Shown here piece after piece: positions 54,713 through 64,000 of a DNA stretch of 64,000 bases. Positions within the stretch are counted from its first letter, which is position 1. Each line of letters starts with the position of its first letter. Source of the DNA: a virus; IMG/VR virus record IMGVR_UViG_3300028581_002181, positions 52,457-116,456 of that record. One strand, written 5' to 3'. Under the pieces are notes generated by a model that saw only the letters and a list, made by a program, of their open reading frames with translations, had not been told where the DNA came from and did not search any database. The position numbers were made by a program, and so were the translations under genes.

Positions 54713-55273
54713 TTAACTGAATGTGCCTAAAAATTTTCCAAACACTGTGGCACCTTGGTTGTAGGTCCAAAACTCCACATACATGGGATCTTCTTGAGCA
54801 TTCACTATGAATGGTGTGGGGAAAGCAGAATCTTTGTAAATTAATCCAGCATTTTCAGTGCTCCATACCACTGTGCGAGCCACGCCGTCACTTTTTAATT
54901 CCACAACAATGCTGCTCATGCCTGAAGTCACTGTGGGCCAGTTGGTGAATGTTAATGTAAGGTTAGCACCTATTGTAAAAGTTTGAAAATTTCCATTGCT
55001 AAGACTGATATTTTGTGCAGTGTTTACAGTGCCAACTGAATACACAGTTAAATTATTGTTGATGAACTTTGCTCCAGAAATGGTGTTGTTGGCAAAGTTG
55101 TTGGCAGCGTTTAACTTGGCAGTGTTGGTTTGCAGTGTTTCTATTTCTGTTTTGGCAGTGGCAAAATTGGTTTTGATGGTGCTGAAATTATCTCTAAAAC
55201 CTTGGCTGTTGTTGTCCTGTCCTGCCACAGGATATGTTTCATCTAGGTTAGTTGTGTTAATATTACTGGGCAT
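54713..55273 (-). CDS. Virion structural protein
   Basis: YPVAGQDNNSQGFRDNF N-terminal helix, beta-rich tail; ATAAATA at 55296-55302. Confidence 0.65.
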   Translation of the reverse strand: MPSNINTTNLDETYPVAGQDNNSQGFRDNFSTIKTNFATAKTEIETLQTNTAKLNAANNFANNTISGAKFINNNLTVYSVGTVNTAQNISLSNGNFQTFTIGANLTLTFTNWPTVTSGMSSIVVELKSDGVARTVVWSTENAGLIYKDSAFPTPFIVNAQEDPMYVEFWTYNQGATVFGKFLGTFS

Positions 55274-55318
55274 AGTGTTTCCTTATTGTTGCGTTTATTT
55301 ATCTGTTTTAATCACTGT

Positions 55319-57838
55319 TTAAATGTTATATTGATAGCTGGGGAACATAATATACTGTTCCACACCACTGTCTGCCGTGCTGTCTATGATGTATCTGTCA
55401 ATTTCAAAGTCTATGTTTTTGAAGTCAAAATCATTGTTGTTTAATGCTGCCAAAATACCAGTACTGGTGCCTGGTTGGCAGTAGCACAGCGGCACAGCAG
55501 TCACATAACCCAATGCTTGGGTTTGACCTGTTTGTGCAGTGCGCATCCACAAGGGTAAAAACTCATTTTCTGTGTCTCCTATGACTTTAAGATTTTCTCT
55601 CATATTGGTGGTATTGCTGATGAATCTTTCTATGTCATTGGCATTGGACACATTTAATACCTTGCTGTCAACTCTAATCACTCCACTGTTGGGTCTAAAT
55701 CTAAATGTATCTGTGGGGTTGGATACTACCTGACCCACGTTGATCACACTGCCGTTGGCCAGCGTGACCTCCAGTTGACCTGTGCCAGTGTCCAAGGTCA
55801 ATTGACCTTGTCTTGCATATATCTGAAGATTATTACCAATGGCTCCCACCGCTAGAGGCAAATTATTGTTGGTATACACTGTGTAGGTGTTGCCATTCAC
55901 ATTGAATTTAGTCACGTCATCGATCACTTCTATATCAGTCTGAGTGATGTTGATCTTGTTGGGATTTTTAATTTTTATTTTGCTCTGCACCTGTTGACTG
56001 GGGTGATCCTGGGGGTCAATCATTTGCACATACACCACTTCATACACAATGTCATTGGTGCCAGGAGTTTTGGCCACTGCTGTTTTAATTTCACCAAACT
56101 GATATCTTTTGCGTCGATGATTCTTCACAGTGGCTGCCACATAATGATTGATAGTTTTGGTTTCAATGCCTGCGTATATCAACATCTGTAATTGTTTCTG
56201 CAAACCAAACTGTGTGTCGCTGGGTCTATAAATGTATGCAGGAGTGAATATTTCTGGATCACCCACCAATGCTAGATATGCAGTTCTTTGAGCAGGTTTT
56301 AAAAATGGTTTCACATAGAGATTGCTGTACAGTAGATCACTGGCAGCCACCACTGACAAAGTGAAAGTTCTTGTGGTGGCACTGTAGCCAAACTGGTCAC
56401 GAGCTTCCACAGTGAATGTGAATGTTCTGTCTATGCTGGTGCTGTTGGCATCCAGTGTGAAATCTCTGTCATCAAATGTGGTCAGTCCCAACAGTCCACC
56501 TATGGGAAACTGTCTCACTTTGCCTAGAATTTCTCCATCCAGTGCCAAGGTCAATCCATTGGGCAATGCACCTGCAGTGATCACATATCTCAACACAGCA
56601 TTGGGCACTGTGGTGGTGGCTCGCACTGACAGTGTGCTGATAAAGTTGGCATTGATGCTGCCCAAATCATTGTTGGTGTTCCAGGTGATCACACTGTCCA
56701 CTTCACCCAATATTTTCACCACAAATGTTTTGTCTTTGATGGCCAATGTTTCTGCGTTGGCTCCAAATCTTGTGGCTCTCACTGTGAATTTGTATTCTTT
56801 GGTCACTGCCGGTTGATACGGCACTCTGCCTGCCACTTCACCTGAAGTGCTGTCCAATGTACAACCTGGTGGCAGTGTGCTCACTGTGGCATCATCGTTG
56901 GTGGGTCTCAATGTGTAGGCCACATAGCCTGCAAGTGTGTTGGGATCATACAATTCCAAAAACAGTGTGACATAGTTGTTGGCTCGTTTGTAGCCCAAAT
57001 CTCTAGGAGTCAGCCACTGTGGAGTTCTAATATAGGTTCCGTCGGATGTGAACACACCACCACCCACCTGCAGTATGGTGTTGTCTGCACGTAAAAAATC
57101 ATCACCCACCACAAATATTCTAAATTTCCTTTTGGTAATGGTGTCACCATCACTCACACTCACTGTGAATTCATAGTATCTGCTCAGTTTGCGAGGAGAC
57201 TTGGTGGGAATCGCATAGTCATAAAATTCCACATCATAGTAAAAACTTTCAAAACCATTGGCACTTCGCAATCCAAAATCAAAAGGAAAAGCACCATAGG
57301 TGTTGGCATCATAGGTACCGCTGGCAGCAGATGTGTCCAAAGCCAATATGGGATCTATCACTCCAGTTAATTTGCCTGATTTAGTCAGTGTGATACCTGG
57401 TGGCAGTGTACCATCACCTTTAGCAATGAAATACTCCAATTCATCACCTGCTGATAAATCTGTGTCTGTGGCTTCCAATTGATAATCCACATAAGCACTG
57501 TCCAATATGAACAAAGCATCGTTTACTCCGATGGGCAACACTCCAGCTGGTGTGATCCAAGTGGGAGCATCTGGTCCTGCCACTGTGATAGTGTAGGTAC
57601 GATCTTGAATATTATTGCCCAAACGTGCTCTTAGCACAAATCTTGATTGTGTGGTTCTGGCCACTTCCAATGTGGTGCCCACAATGGCTGAATTTTGCAG
57701 TCGTAATCCAGCAGGCAGAGTGCCTGCAATCAAAGCCACAGCATCCACTGATGTGATGGGTAAATTAATGGCTGTGATGGTTCTTTCAGCAATGGTGCCT
57801 AAAGAATACCCAGTTGGCTGTGTCCACAAGTTGCTCAT
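55319..57838 (-). CDS. Large virion protein with repeated Ig-like (He_PIG-type) modules, probable baseplate/tail component
   Basis: Repeated G.LP.G..L...G...G...Y.FTV motifs; ATAAATA at 57845-57851. Confidence 0.7.
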   Translation of the reverse strand: MSNLWTQPTGYSLGTIAERTITAINLPITSVDAVALIAGTLPAGLRLQNSAIVGTTLEVARTTQSRFVLRARLGNNIQDRTYTITVAGPDAPTWITPAGVLPIGVNDALFILDSAYVDYQLEATDTDLSAGDELEYFIAKGDGTLPPGITLTKSGKLTGVIDPILALDTSAASGTYDANTYGAFPFDFGLRSANGFESFYYDVEFYDYAIPTKSPRKLSRYYEFTVSVSDGDTITKRKFRIFVVGDDFLRADNTILQVGGGVFTSDGTYIRTPQWLTPRDLGYKRANNYVTLFLELYDPNTLAGYVAYTLRPTNDDATVSTLPPGCTLDSTSGEVAGRVPYQPAVTKEYKFTVRATRFGANAETLAIKDKTFVVKILGEVDSVITWNTNNDLGSINANFISTLSVRATTTVPNAVLRYVITAGALPNGLTLALDGEILGKVRQFPIGGLLGLTTFDDRDFTLDANSTSIDRTFTFTVEARDQFGYSATTRTFTLSVVAASDLLYSNLYVKPFLKPAQRTAYLALVGDPEIFTPAYIYRPSDTQFGLQKQLQMLIYAGIETKTINHYVAATVKNHRRKRYQFGEIKTAVAKTPGTNDIVYEVVYVQMIDPQDHPSQQVQSKIKIKNPNKINITQTDIEVIDDVTKFNVNGNTYTVYTNNNLPLAVGAIGNNLQIYARQGQLTLDTGTGQLEVTLANGSVINVGQVVSNPTDTFRFRPNSGVIRVDSKVLNVSNANDIERFISNTTNMRENLKVIGDTENEFLPLWMRTAQTGQTQALGYVTAVPLCYCQPGTSTGILAALNNNDFDFKNIDFEIDRYIIDSTADSGVEQYIMFPSYQYNI

Positions 57839-57858
57839 ATGTTGTATTTATGGAAAAA

Positions 57859-58572
57859 TTAGATAGCACCAAAGTCATGCACAGCAGCACTGGGACCTGC
57901 AATAGTACCCATGTCCACAGGATTGACTGAAAAGAATAAATCCAAAAGATTTGTTATGTTATCTTGATTGCTGGCATCCAGATTAATGTCACCCAAATCA
58001 AACCCAATAAATGAATCTCTATCGTCTAGATTCAACCCATACACCAAAGACTGCACATTGGCAGCTTGTATTGTGTTCACACCCACAATGTTGTTGTTGG
58101 CACCTGTGAGGGTGGCTCCTAATGTGGGGTTGGATTCATTGCTCAACAATGTTGACACTCTCAGTGTGGGAAAACCACCCACTGTGGTCATGTCGGTTCT
58201 GGTGGCTCCTGCCAGTGTGCCCAACACTTGTAAAGTGTTGCCATTCACCAATGTGGTCACTGGACCTGTGTTGCCCACTATGCCAAGACTGATGATGCCT
58301 GATGCTGCAATGGTGATCTTGTCATTGTTGGTAGTCAGTGTGATGTTGCTGCCTGATTCTAAACTTTTTAACTGTAATTCTGCACCTACTTTTTGATAGA
58401 ACACGCCTTTCACAGTGCTGCTGTCTGGCAGTCTATTGATTACGCTGGTGTTTTCAGGATCTCTTGCATTCAATTCAGCAAAATTATTATTGACTTTGAT
58501 AAACGCTTCGCGTAAATCATCACCTGTGCCGTCATTGGCAATTGTTCCTATGTTTATGGTGCTTATGGGCAT
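57859..58572 (-). CDS. Virion/baseplate protein with T4 gp9/gp10-like N-terminus
   Basis: INIGTIANDGTGDDLREAFIKVNNNFAEL; ATAAATA at 58578-58584. Confidence 0.7.
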   Translation of the reverse strand: MPISTINIGTIANDGTGDDLREAFIKVNNNFAELNARDPENTSVINRLPDSSTVKGVFYQKVGAELQLKSLESGSNITLTTNNDKITIAASGIISLGIVGNTGPVTTLVNGNTLQVLGTLAGATRTDMTTVGGFPTLRVSTLLSNESNPTLGATLTGANNNIVGVNTIQAANVQSLVYGLNLDDRDSFIGFDLGDINLDASNQDNITNLLDLFFSVNPVDMGTIAGPSAAVHDFGAI

Positions 58573-58589
58573 AACTGTATTTATCTGTG

Positions 58590-61250
58590 TTAAGTTGTTC
58601 TGCGAATTTTAGTTCTGGGAAACGCTGCCCCAGCAGTGGGTTTTTGTCTGTTGTTGATTTTTGGAAATGTGTTGCCACTGATCTTGCGTTCTATTCTATA
58701 AAACAAATAAAGATTTGGTGCGCCTTGCAAATCCTGTCCATCTGTGGGACCACCATTGCTGCCAGTTAACTGTGCAGTTTTAGCAATGCCTGTGATGTAT
58801 GCTTTGGCTTGAGTTTGATTCATGGTGGGATAGGTTTCCAAAGCACACGCCAACACTCCACACACCTGTGGACTGGCCATGGATGTGCCACTGAATTTTC
58901 CGATATAAAAACTGGCATTTCTTGGATCAGCAACACCACTGGGTAATGCACTGATAATGGAGGTGCCTGGTGCAAATATATCCACTCCTGCACCACAATC
59001 ACTAAATGTGACTTTCTGTTCAGTAGAAGTGATGTCCACAGCACCCACGCAGATAGCAGGCAAATTATGTGTGCCCACAGTGGTGTTATCATTGGCAGTG
59101 GGACTGGTGCCTCTCATATAATAGTAAGGTTGGGCCACACTCCCTGGATATCTCACAGCCATTTCAAAAGTATTGTTCCAGTCTGGTCCTCCTGGTGTTT
59201 CATGTTTCCAACGGCCATTGCCTGCTGCGCCTGTCATAATAATACCTTCAGCATAGGCGTCTTCCAGGTCGTCATCCAATGCTGTGACTCTCACAGGTAT
59301 ACGTTGGTCAGCGATAAATCCCCACGCATTCAATTGCTGCGTGGTGAATGTGCCACCTGTGCTTTTGGCATTGTTGATTCCAGTTTGCAGATCTATTCTA
59401 GTGGGTACTGCTTCGTAGAATGTCCACTCACTGATCATGGTGGGACTACCCACTGTGCCTGATACGGTTGCTGTGCCTTCCTGTCTCACTCGGTATGTTC
59501 TGTTGGGTGCCACACCTTCCACTCCGTAATAAATTCTCTGTACAGAATTGTCTTTGGCGCACCACATTATTTTGGGCAGTGCAGGATTGGTCACACTGAC
59601 ATTGTTGTAAACTGTGGAACCATTGCCAAAAGTGACATAGCAATTGGTGCCCACAAATATTTGATTGTAGCTCACCCCCAAATAAGTGATGTTGAAAGGC
59701 AATGTCAAAGTCCAATAACCATCATCGTTGCCGCCCACAGTGGGAGTGGTGGACGCAGTCAAACTGGCAGCCCCCAACAAACTGCTGCCTATGCTGGCCA
59801 CTGTGGCCGAAGTGGTGCCTGGAGTGATATTGATATCTGCCATCATGTCAAAAGATCTTGTGGGATTGTTTTGTGGTTGAAACAATGATGTGAAATATGT
59901 AATGGTGTAGTTGCCAGCAGTGCTCAAGGTCACTGTGTCATCCACAGTGGCTGTCACACTGCCACCCTCCACACTAGTGAAAGGACCGTTGGTGACATCA
60001 TACACAGTGGCACTACTGCTGTTTAGAATCTGTATTCTCACACTGAGCGTGGTCACACCTGACTGTGATCCAGCAGCCACTTGACTTCTCACTCTCATGG
60101 TAATATTGTTGGCAGTGGTGTTCACAGTGACCACATATTCTGCAGCGGGTTGAACAGTGTCTTGAATCACAACACTTGAGCTGGAAGTCTGTGTCCAGCT
60201 GGCAGGTTTTGAGGTCACTGTGCCTTGCACCACAGCCACAGTGCCTGTGGTAGTAATTCTGTTGCCACCCAGTTCCAAATTAGGTAGGTTAGCCAGCAGA
60301 GTGGATGTGGTACACACACCACTGGTACCTAGAAAAGTGGTGGAACCTACAGGTGTAAAACGTGTGCCTCTGTATGTGACGGCTGTGATGTCATTCAACG
60401 CCCACTCACCGGGAAATATACTCATGCCCCAACTGTTGTTCACTATGGTGGGATTTTTTCTGCCTGTGGCAACATTCACTGCTTTGGTGCTGTGAAACTG
60501 TCTCACATAATCTATCACATAAGGAAAGTTTACATTGAATGCGCCAGCAAAATAATAAATGTTGTAAATGTTGGCACTTCTGGCCCAACCTTGAGTGTTG
60601 CCTGCCACGGTGCCTGCCACGTGTGTGGAATGATCAGCTTGATCATAGGAATAATTACCGGGTATGGGTGATCCTTTCACTACAGGATCGTGTTGAAACC
60701 AATTGTATTGAATATATCTGCTGCCTCCGGTACCGTCAGCGTTCACTGCGTATTCTGGATGACCCGCTACCAAGCCATTGTCGTCACAAATGACCACATC
60801 CACGTTTTTGCCAGTTTGTGCCAATTGTATGGTGGCAGTTTGTGTGGTGGTACCATTGCTGCCCCATCCTGCACGCTGTGTGCCTTCGGTGCATCTCAAC
60901 AAAGCAAAATTTTTCATTGTGGAACCAGTGCTGCTGGATTTGTTCCAATTGTCACTGGTTTGTGAAATATTATTGAGACCTGCTTGGATTCCCAATTCAT
61001 TTGGATGCAACGTGACTGATTTTACTCTAGGATCCTTTTTTAATTCTGCAGCTTCCCAATCACACAGTTTGTACACAGTGTTTCTGCTGGAAGGCCTACG
61101 GTCCTCACACTGCACATCACGCAGTATTTCAGTGTTGGGTGGAGCTATGCCTGCAGTTTCTAAATCTGCATACACAGCATTCAGATCATTGTGATCATAC
61201 ACAGTGACAATGTATTTTTTTGTGGTGACGTAGTCTAGAACATTTGACAT
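58590..61250 (-). CDS. Subtilisin-like (S8) serine protease with propeptide and large internal insertion
   Basis: ICDD, HSTHVAG, AAGNG and GTSMASP catalytic motifs. Confidence 0.88.
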   Translation of the reverse strand: MSNVLDYVTTKKYIVTVYDHNDLNAVYADLETAGIAPPNTEILRDVQCEDRRPSSRNTVYKLCDWEAAELKKDPRVKSVTLHPNELGIQAGLNNISQTSDNWNKSSSTGSTMKNFALLRCTEGTQRAGWGSNGTTTQTATIQLAQTGKNVDVVICDDNGLVAGHPEYAVNADGTGGSRYIQYNWFQHDPVVKGSPIPGNYSYDQADHSTHVAGTVAGNTQGWARSANIYNIYYFAGAFNVNFPYVIDYVRQFHSTKAVNVATGRKNPTIVNNSWGMSIFPGEWALNDITAVTYRGTRFTPVGSTTFLGTSGVCTTSTLLANLPNLELGGNRITTTGTVAVVQGTVTSKPASWTQTSSSSVVIQDTVQPAAEYVVTVNTTANNITMRVRSQVAAGSQSGVTTLSVRIQILNSSSATVYDVTNGPFTSVEGGSVTATVDDTVTLSTAGNYTITYFTSLFQPQNNPTRSFDMMADINITPGTTSATVASIGSSLLGAASLTASTTPTVGGNDDGYWTLTLPFNITYLGVSYNQIFVGTNCYVTFGNGSTVYNNVSVTNPALPKIMWCAKDNSVQRIYYGVEGVAPNRTYRVRQEGTATVSGTVGSPTMISEWTFYEAVPTRIDLQTGINNAKSTGGTFTTQQLNAWGFIADQRIPVRVTALDDDLEDAYAEGIIMTGAAGNGRWKHETPGGPDWNNTFEMAVRYPGSVAQPYYYMRGTSPTANDNTTVGTHNLPAICVGAVDITSTEQKVTFSDCGAGVDIFAPGTSIISALPSGVADPRNASFYIGKFSGTSMASPQVCGVLACALETYPTMNQTQAKAYITGIAKTAQLTGSNGGPTDGQDLQGAPNLYLFYRIERKISGNTFPKINNRQKPTAGAAFPRTKIRRTT

Positions 61251-61256
61251 AATGTA

Positions 61257-63227
61257 TTATGCCTCTATTTTAATCAAAGTCAAAGTCACAGTAACCGCTG
61301 CCGAGCTACCACTCTTGTTGGTCACTCTGCACGGTATGGTGGTGGTGGGCACAGTTTCATTGTTGAATCCCATCACAGCTGGTGACATCAGTATGGTCTG
61401 TCCACCTGTGGTGATCACTTCAGCAATCACTCCTGCTCCTGGATCTGGATCCACTGCTTCCAATCTACCGGCATCTGCGGTTCTGCTGGCGCCATCTGTG
61501 TACAATCTTACCCAAGCTGCCACTGATGTTTGAATTTTGAGCAGAACATAACCTTTGAATCCTGTGATGTTGAGATCTGCTGAAGCCAAACTGGCCAAAC
61601 TGCCAGTGGTGCCTGATGCAGTGGTTCTTGCTTCTAATCCTGATCCTGCATTGGAGAATGTGATGGTATCAGTCACAGAGTCGGTGGTGATGGTGATGCC
61701 ACTGCCCACCAAAGTCAATGTGTCGCTGGTGCTGTCTGCCAACACTGGCGATTGACCTGCCACTGCAATGCTCACAAATGAATTGCTTTGACCAGCATTG
61801 ATGGTGATGCTGTCTGTGCCACTGTCTGTGGTGATGGTCACATTAGCGCCAGCCACCAAAGTGAGTGTGTCGGTGCTGCTGTCTGCTGTGACTGATGTCT
61901 GTCCTGCCACTGCCACTGTGGTGAATACGTTTTGTGTCACATTGGGTGCTGTGTTGGTGATGGTAATAGTGTCTGTGCCTGCATCAGCAGTCATACTGAT
62001 GCCTGTGCTGGCAATGAAAGTCAGTGTGTCGTTCAATTGATCTGGAGCAATATTGATGCCAGATCCTGACACAGTGATGGTACCAAATGCGTTCAATGGC
62101 ACAGCACTGTTGATCCAGTTGGCACCATCATATTTCAAAACTTGTCCAGATGACACTGAAGTGATAACCACATCAGTGAGATCATCCAATACCACTGCTC
62201 CGCCTCCAGGTCCACCTGATTGCGTTACCCAACTGAGCACTCCTGCACCGTTGGTTTTGAGCACTTGGTTGTTGGAACCACCCAAAATGCTGATGTTAGA
62301 CACATCCACTTGTATGGGGCCTACCACTTTGCCAGTCACTGCATTGATCATCTGTGTGCTGTCGTTGGCAAACACAGACCCTTGCACATTGCCTGTGACA
62401 TCACCTGTGACATTGCCTGTGACATCACCAGTGACATTGCCTGTTAAGTTTCCAGTGACGTTGCCTGTTAAGTTTCCAGTGACAGCTCCTGTGTGAACTC
62501 CTGCTGTGTTACCAGTGACGTTGCCTGTTAAGTTTCCAGTGACAGCTCCTGTGTGAACTCCTGCTGTGTTACCAGTGACGTTGCCAGTCAAATCTCCTGT
62601 GACGTTGCCTGTGAGCGCTCCATATATGTTGGTGAAATGCCCTTGAGACCAGCGGTTGCCCACAGCACCCAAGTCACGTGTGTTGTCCACGTCACTGATG
62701 ATGTCTGCTGCCACTGCGGCATAACTTAATAAACTTTGTCCTGCACTGTTGCGTATGTCGCCATTCACTGGCAGTGTGAGAATGCCTGTGCTGCCAAATG
62801 TCCAGGTCTTGTTGCCCAAACCTGTGCTGCTGGTGCGTATTTCAGCAGTGACATTGATGGGTGCTGTGATTCTTCTGGTGGCCACTGTGTTGAATGTGAC
62901 ATCGTCAGTGGTGTTTAAATTTTGATCATAATTGCCCAGTGATATAAAACTCACATTGCCTGTGCCATCAGTGCTCAACACCTGTCCTGCTGTGCCACCT
63001 GTGATGGTGATGTTGGTGATGTTGCCTAGATTGGTGGCAGCAGTCACGGTGAGATTTTGTGTGTTCAAATTGGTGAATGTGCCAGTGGTGGTGGTGATGG
63101 ATTGTGCAGTGATGCCGGACACTCCTGTGATGTTGGAGCCAGTCATCAATAGATTATCGCCTATGGGCAACTCTTTGATCTTGTTGCCGTCTGCGGTGTC
63201 TACTATGAGTGGTAGTCTATTTGCCAT
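61257..63227 (-). CDS. Tail fibre-like protein with Thr/Gly-rich repeats
   Basis: GNVTG repeats, LDDLTDV...L.YDG.NW motif, and repeated ADS.TDTLTLV.G.N.TITTD units. Confidence 0.75.
   Translation of the reverse strand: MANRLPLIVDTADGNKIKELPIGDNLLMTGSNITGVSGITAQSITTTTGTFTNLNTQNLTVTAATNLGNITNITITGGTAGQVLSTDGTGNVSFISLGNYDQNLNTTDDVTFNTVATRRITAPINVTAEIRTSSTGLGNKTWTFGSTGILTLPVNGDIRNSAGQSLLSYAAVAADIISDVDNTRDLGAVGNRWSQGHFTNIYGALTGNVTGDLTGNVTGNTAGVHTGAVTGNLTGNVTGNTAGVHTGAVTGNLTGNVTGNLTGNVTGDVTGNVTGDVTGNVQGSVFANDSTQMINAVTGKVVGPIQVDVSNISILGGSNNQVLKTNGAGVLSWVTQSGGPGGGAVVLDDLTDVVITSVSSGQVLKYDGANWINSAVPLNAFGTITVSGSGINIAPDQLNDTLTFIASTGISMTADAGTDTITITNTAPNVTQNVFTTVAVAGQTSVTADSSTDTLTLVAGANVTITTDSGTDSITINAGQSNSFVSIAVAGQSPVLADSTSDTLTLVGSGITITTDSVTDTITFSNAGSGLEARTTASGTTGSLASLASADLNITGFKGYVLLKIQTSVAAWVRLYTDGASRTADAGRLEAVDPDPGAGVIAEVITTGGQTILMSPAVMGFNNETVPTTTIPCRVTNKSGSSAAVTVTLTLIKIEA
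62389..62615 (-). repeat. Tetrapeptide coding repeat containing an exact 60-bp tandem duplication (62461-62520 = 62521-62580)
   Basis: The two 60-nt lines are identical; they encode GNTAGVHTGAVTGNLTGNVT twice. Confidence 0.9.
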
Positions 63228-63268
63228 AATTTACGCTCTCTTTAGTATATTTACCGTATTAAATTATC

Positions 63269-64000
63269 TTACCAGCTAGTACCAGTCCACGCTACACGGA
63301 CCCAGATGTTAGTTGAGTTATTAACATAGTCTTGTTTACAATAATAAATGTACGGGTCAGTGAATACTACCATACCTTCCTTGTCTCCAGCAGCACCATA
63401 GCTGTGTTCTGGTACAGTTCCATTAGGGAATGTAGTTCTACCATCAGTGCCAAATGTCCAAGAGTTGCTGTTGGCTTTCACAGTCACAGGAGGATTTAGC
63501 CCTGCACTTATTTTTACATGACTGTTTGCACCGCCGAAACATAAATTTGCTAGACTGTTGTCTGGTGTTCCACCTGCACGAATATGGATACTTCCTGTTT
63601 CGCCGTCAACATATGCTGGATCTAAAATAATATATGTGTGGGCGTCTTCTAGGCCTTGTAGATCAGGTACCAACTTCATAGTGTTGTAACCTAATCCGCC
63701 TGCCGACGAATCACCGTCCCAAGTTATATAACCATAACGGTCGTCGGCAGCAACAAGGCGAACACCGTATATCTTGCCTTCGCGTGGTAGTGTTAATGAA
63801 CCCGTGGTATTAAATTCCCATATATGAGGAGCATGTACCCCGCTGGGATTGTCAGTGTAAATTCTAACAGTATCTGAACCAGTACTTTTTAGATTTAAAT
63901 ATTGACCGGATTCTAAATTAAGATCTGCTGTGGTTTGCAGTTTAATATTCAAAGCCTGAGCGTCGAGCAGTATCTCACCTTCATTATAATCTATATTGAT
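63269..64000 (-). CDS. Tail fibre-like protein, 5'-partial (frame is open to the right edge)
   Basis: No stop from 64000 to the track start at 63952; C-terminal GAAGD..G....D.YIYYC...W.R motif common in phage fibres. Confidence 0.65.
   Translation of the reverse strand: MNIDYNEGEILLDAQALNIKLQTTADLNLESGQYLNLKSTGSDTVRIYTDNPSGVHAPHIWEFNTTGSLTLPREGKIYGVRLVAADDRYGYITWDGDSSAGGLGYNTMKLVPDLQGLEDAHTYIILDPAYVDGETGSIHIRAGGTPDNSLANLCFGGANSHVKISAGLNPPVTVKANSNSWTFGTDGRTTFPNGTVPEHSYGAAGDKEGMVVFTDPYIYYCKQDYVNNSTNIWVRVAWTGTSW

Noticed and set aside
1-64000. Stop-codon reassignment (alternative genetic code) as in some large phages
   Set aside because: Recognisable genes (polB, clpA, guaC, folE, phoH) are full length in the standard code, TAA, TAG and TGA all serve as stops, and coding density is high.

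Overview
The window is a dense, mostly minus-strand segment of a large T4-like tailed dsDNA bacteriophage genome, probably from a Gram-negative host because it carries a spanin pair. The T4-like assignment rests on a gp43-type B-family polymerase, sliding clamp, clamp loader, RNase H, DexA-like exonuclease and TA(T)AAATA late-promoter motifs. From left to right: (i) 1-10.7 kb, a tailoring-enzyme island with 4 radical SAM proteins, 4 2OG-Fe(II) oxygenases, UDP-glucose dehydrogenase, an SDR, a GNAT and 2 degenerate kinase-like proteins; (ii) a tail-fibre-like gene and a MoxR AAA+/VWA-metallopeptidase pair; (iii) 19-35.7 kb, a 7-deazaguanine DNA-modification region (QueE, FolE, DpdL-like T-fold protein, DpdA-like transglycosylase; no QueC seen in the window) interleaved with sugar enzymes, guanine-pool enzymes and the core replication genes; (iv) 38.5-44.5 kb, an array of small genes sharing an N-terminal M-K-hydrophobic-x-E/D-hydrophobic leader that resembles a capsid-targeting signal; (v) a proteostasis set (ClpA, deformylase, DnaJ, parvulin, GroES), spanins, PhoH and a truncated DnaE-like protein; (vi) virion and tail genes, including a subtilisin-like protease with a large insertion. 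I saw no tRNA, rRNA, CRISPR array or mobile element. All functional calls come from motif recognition by eye; no database search was run.
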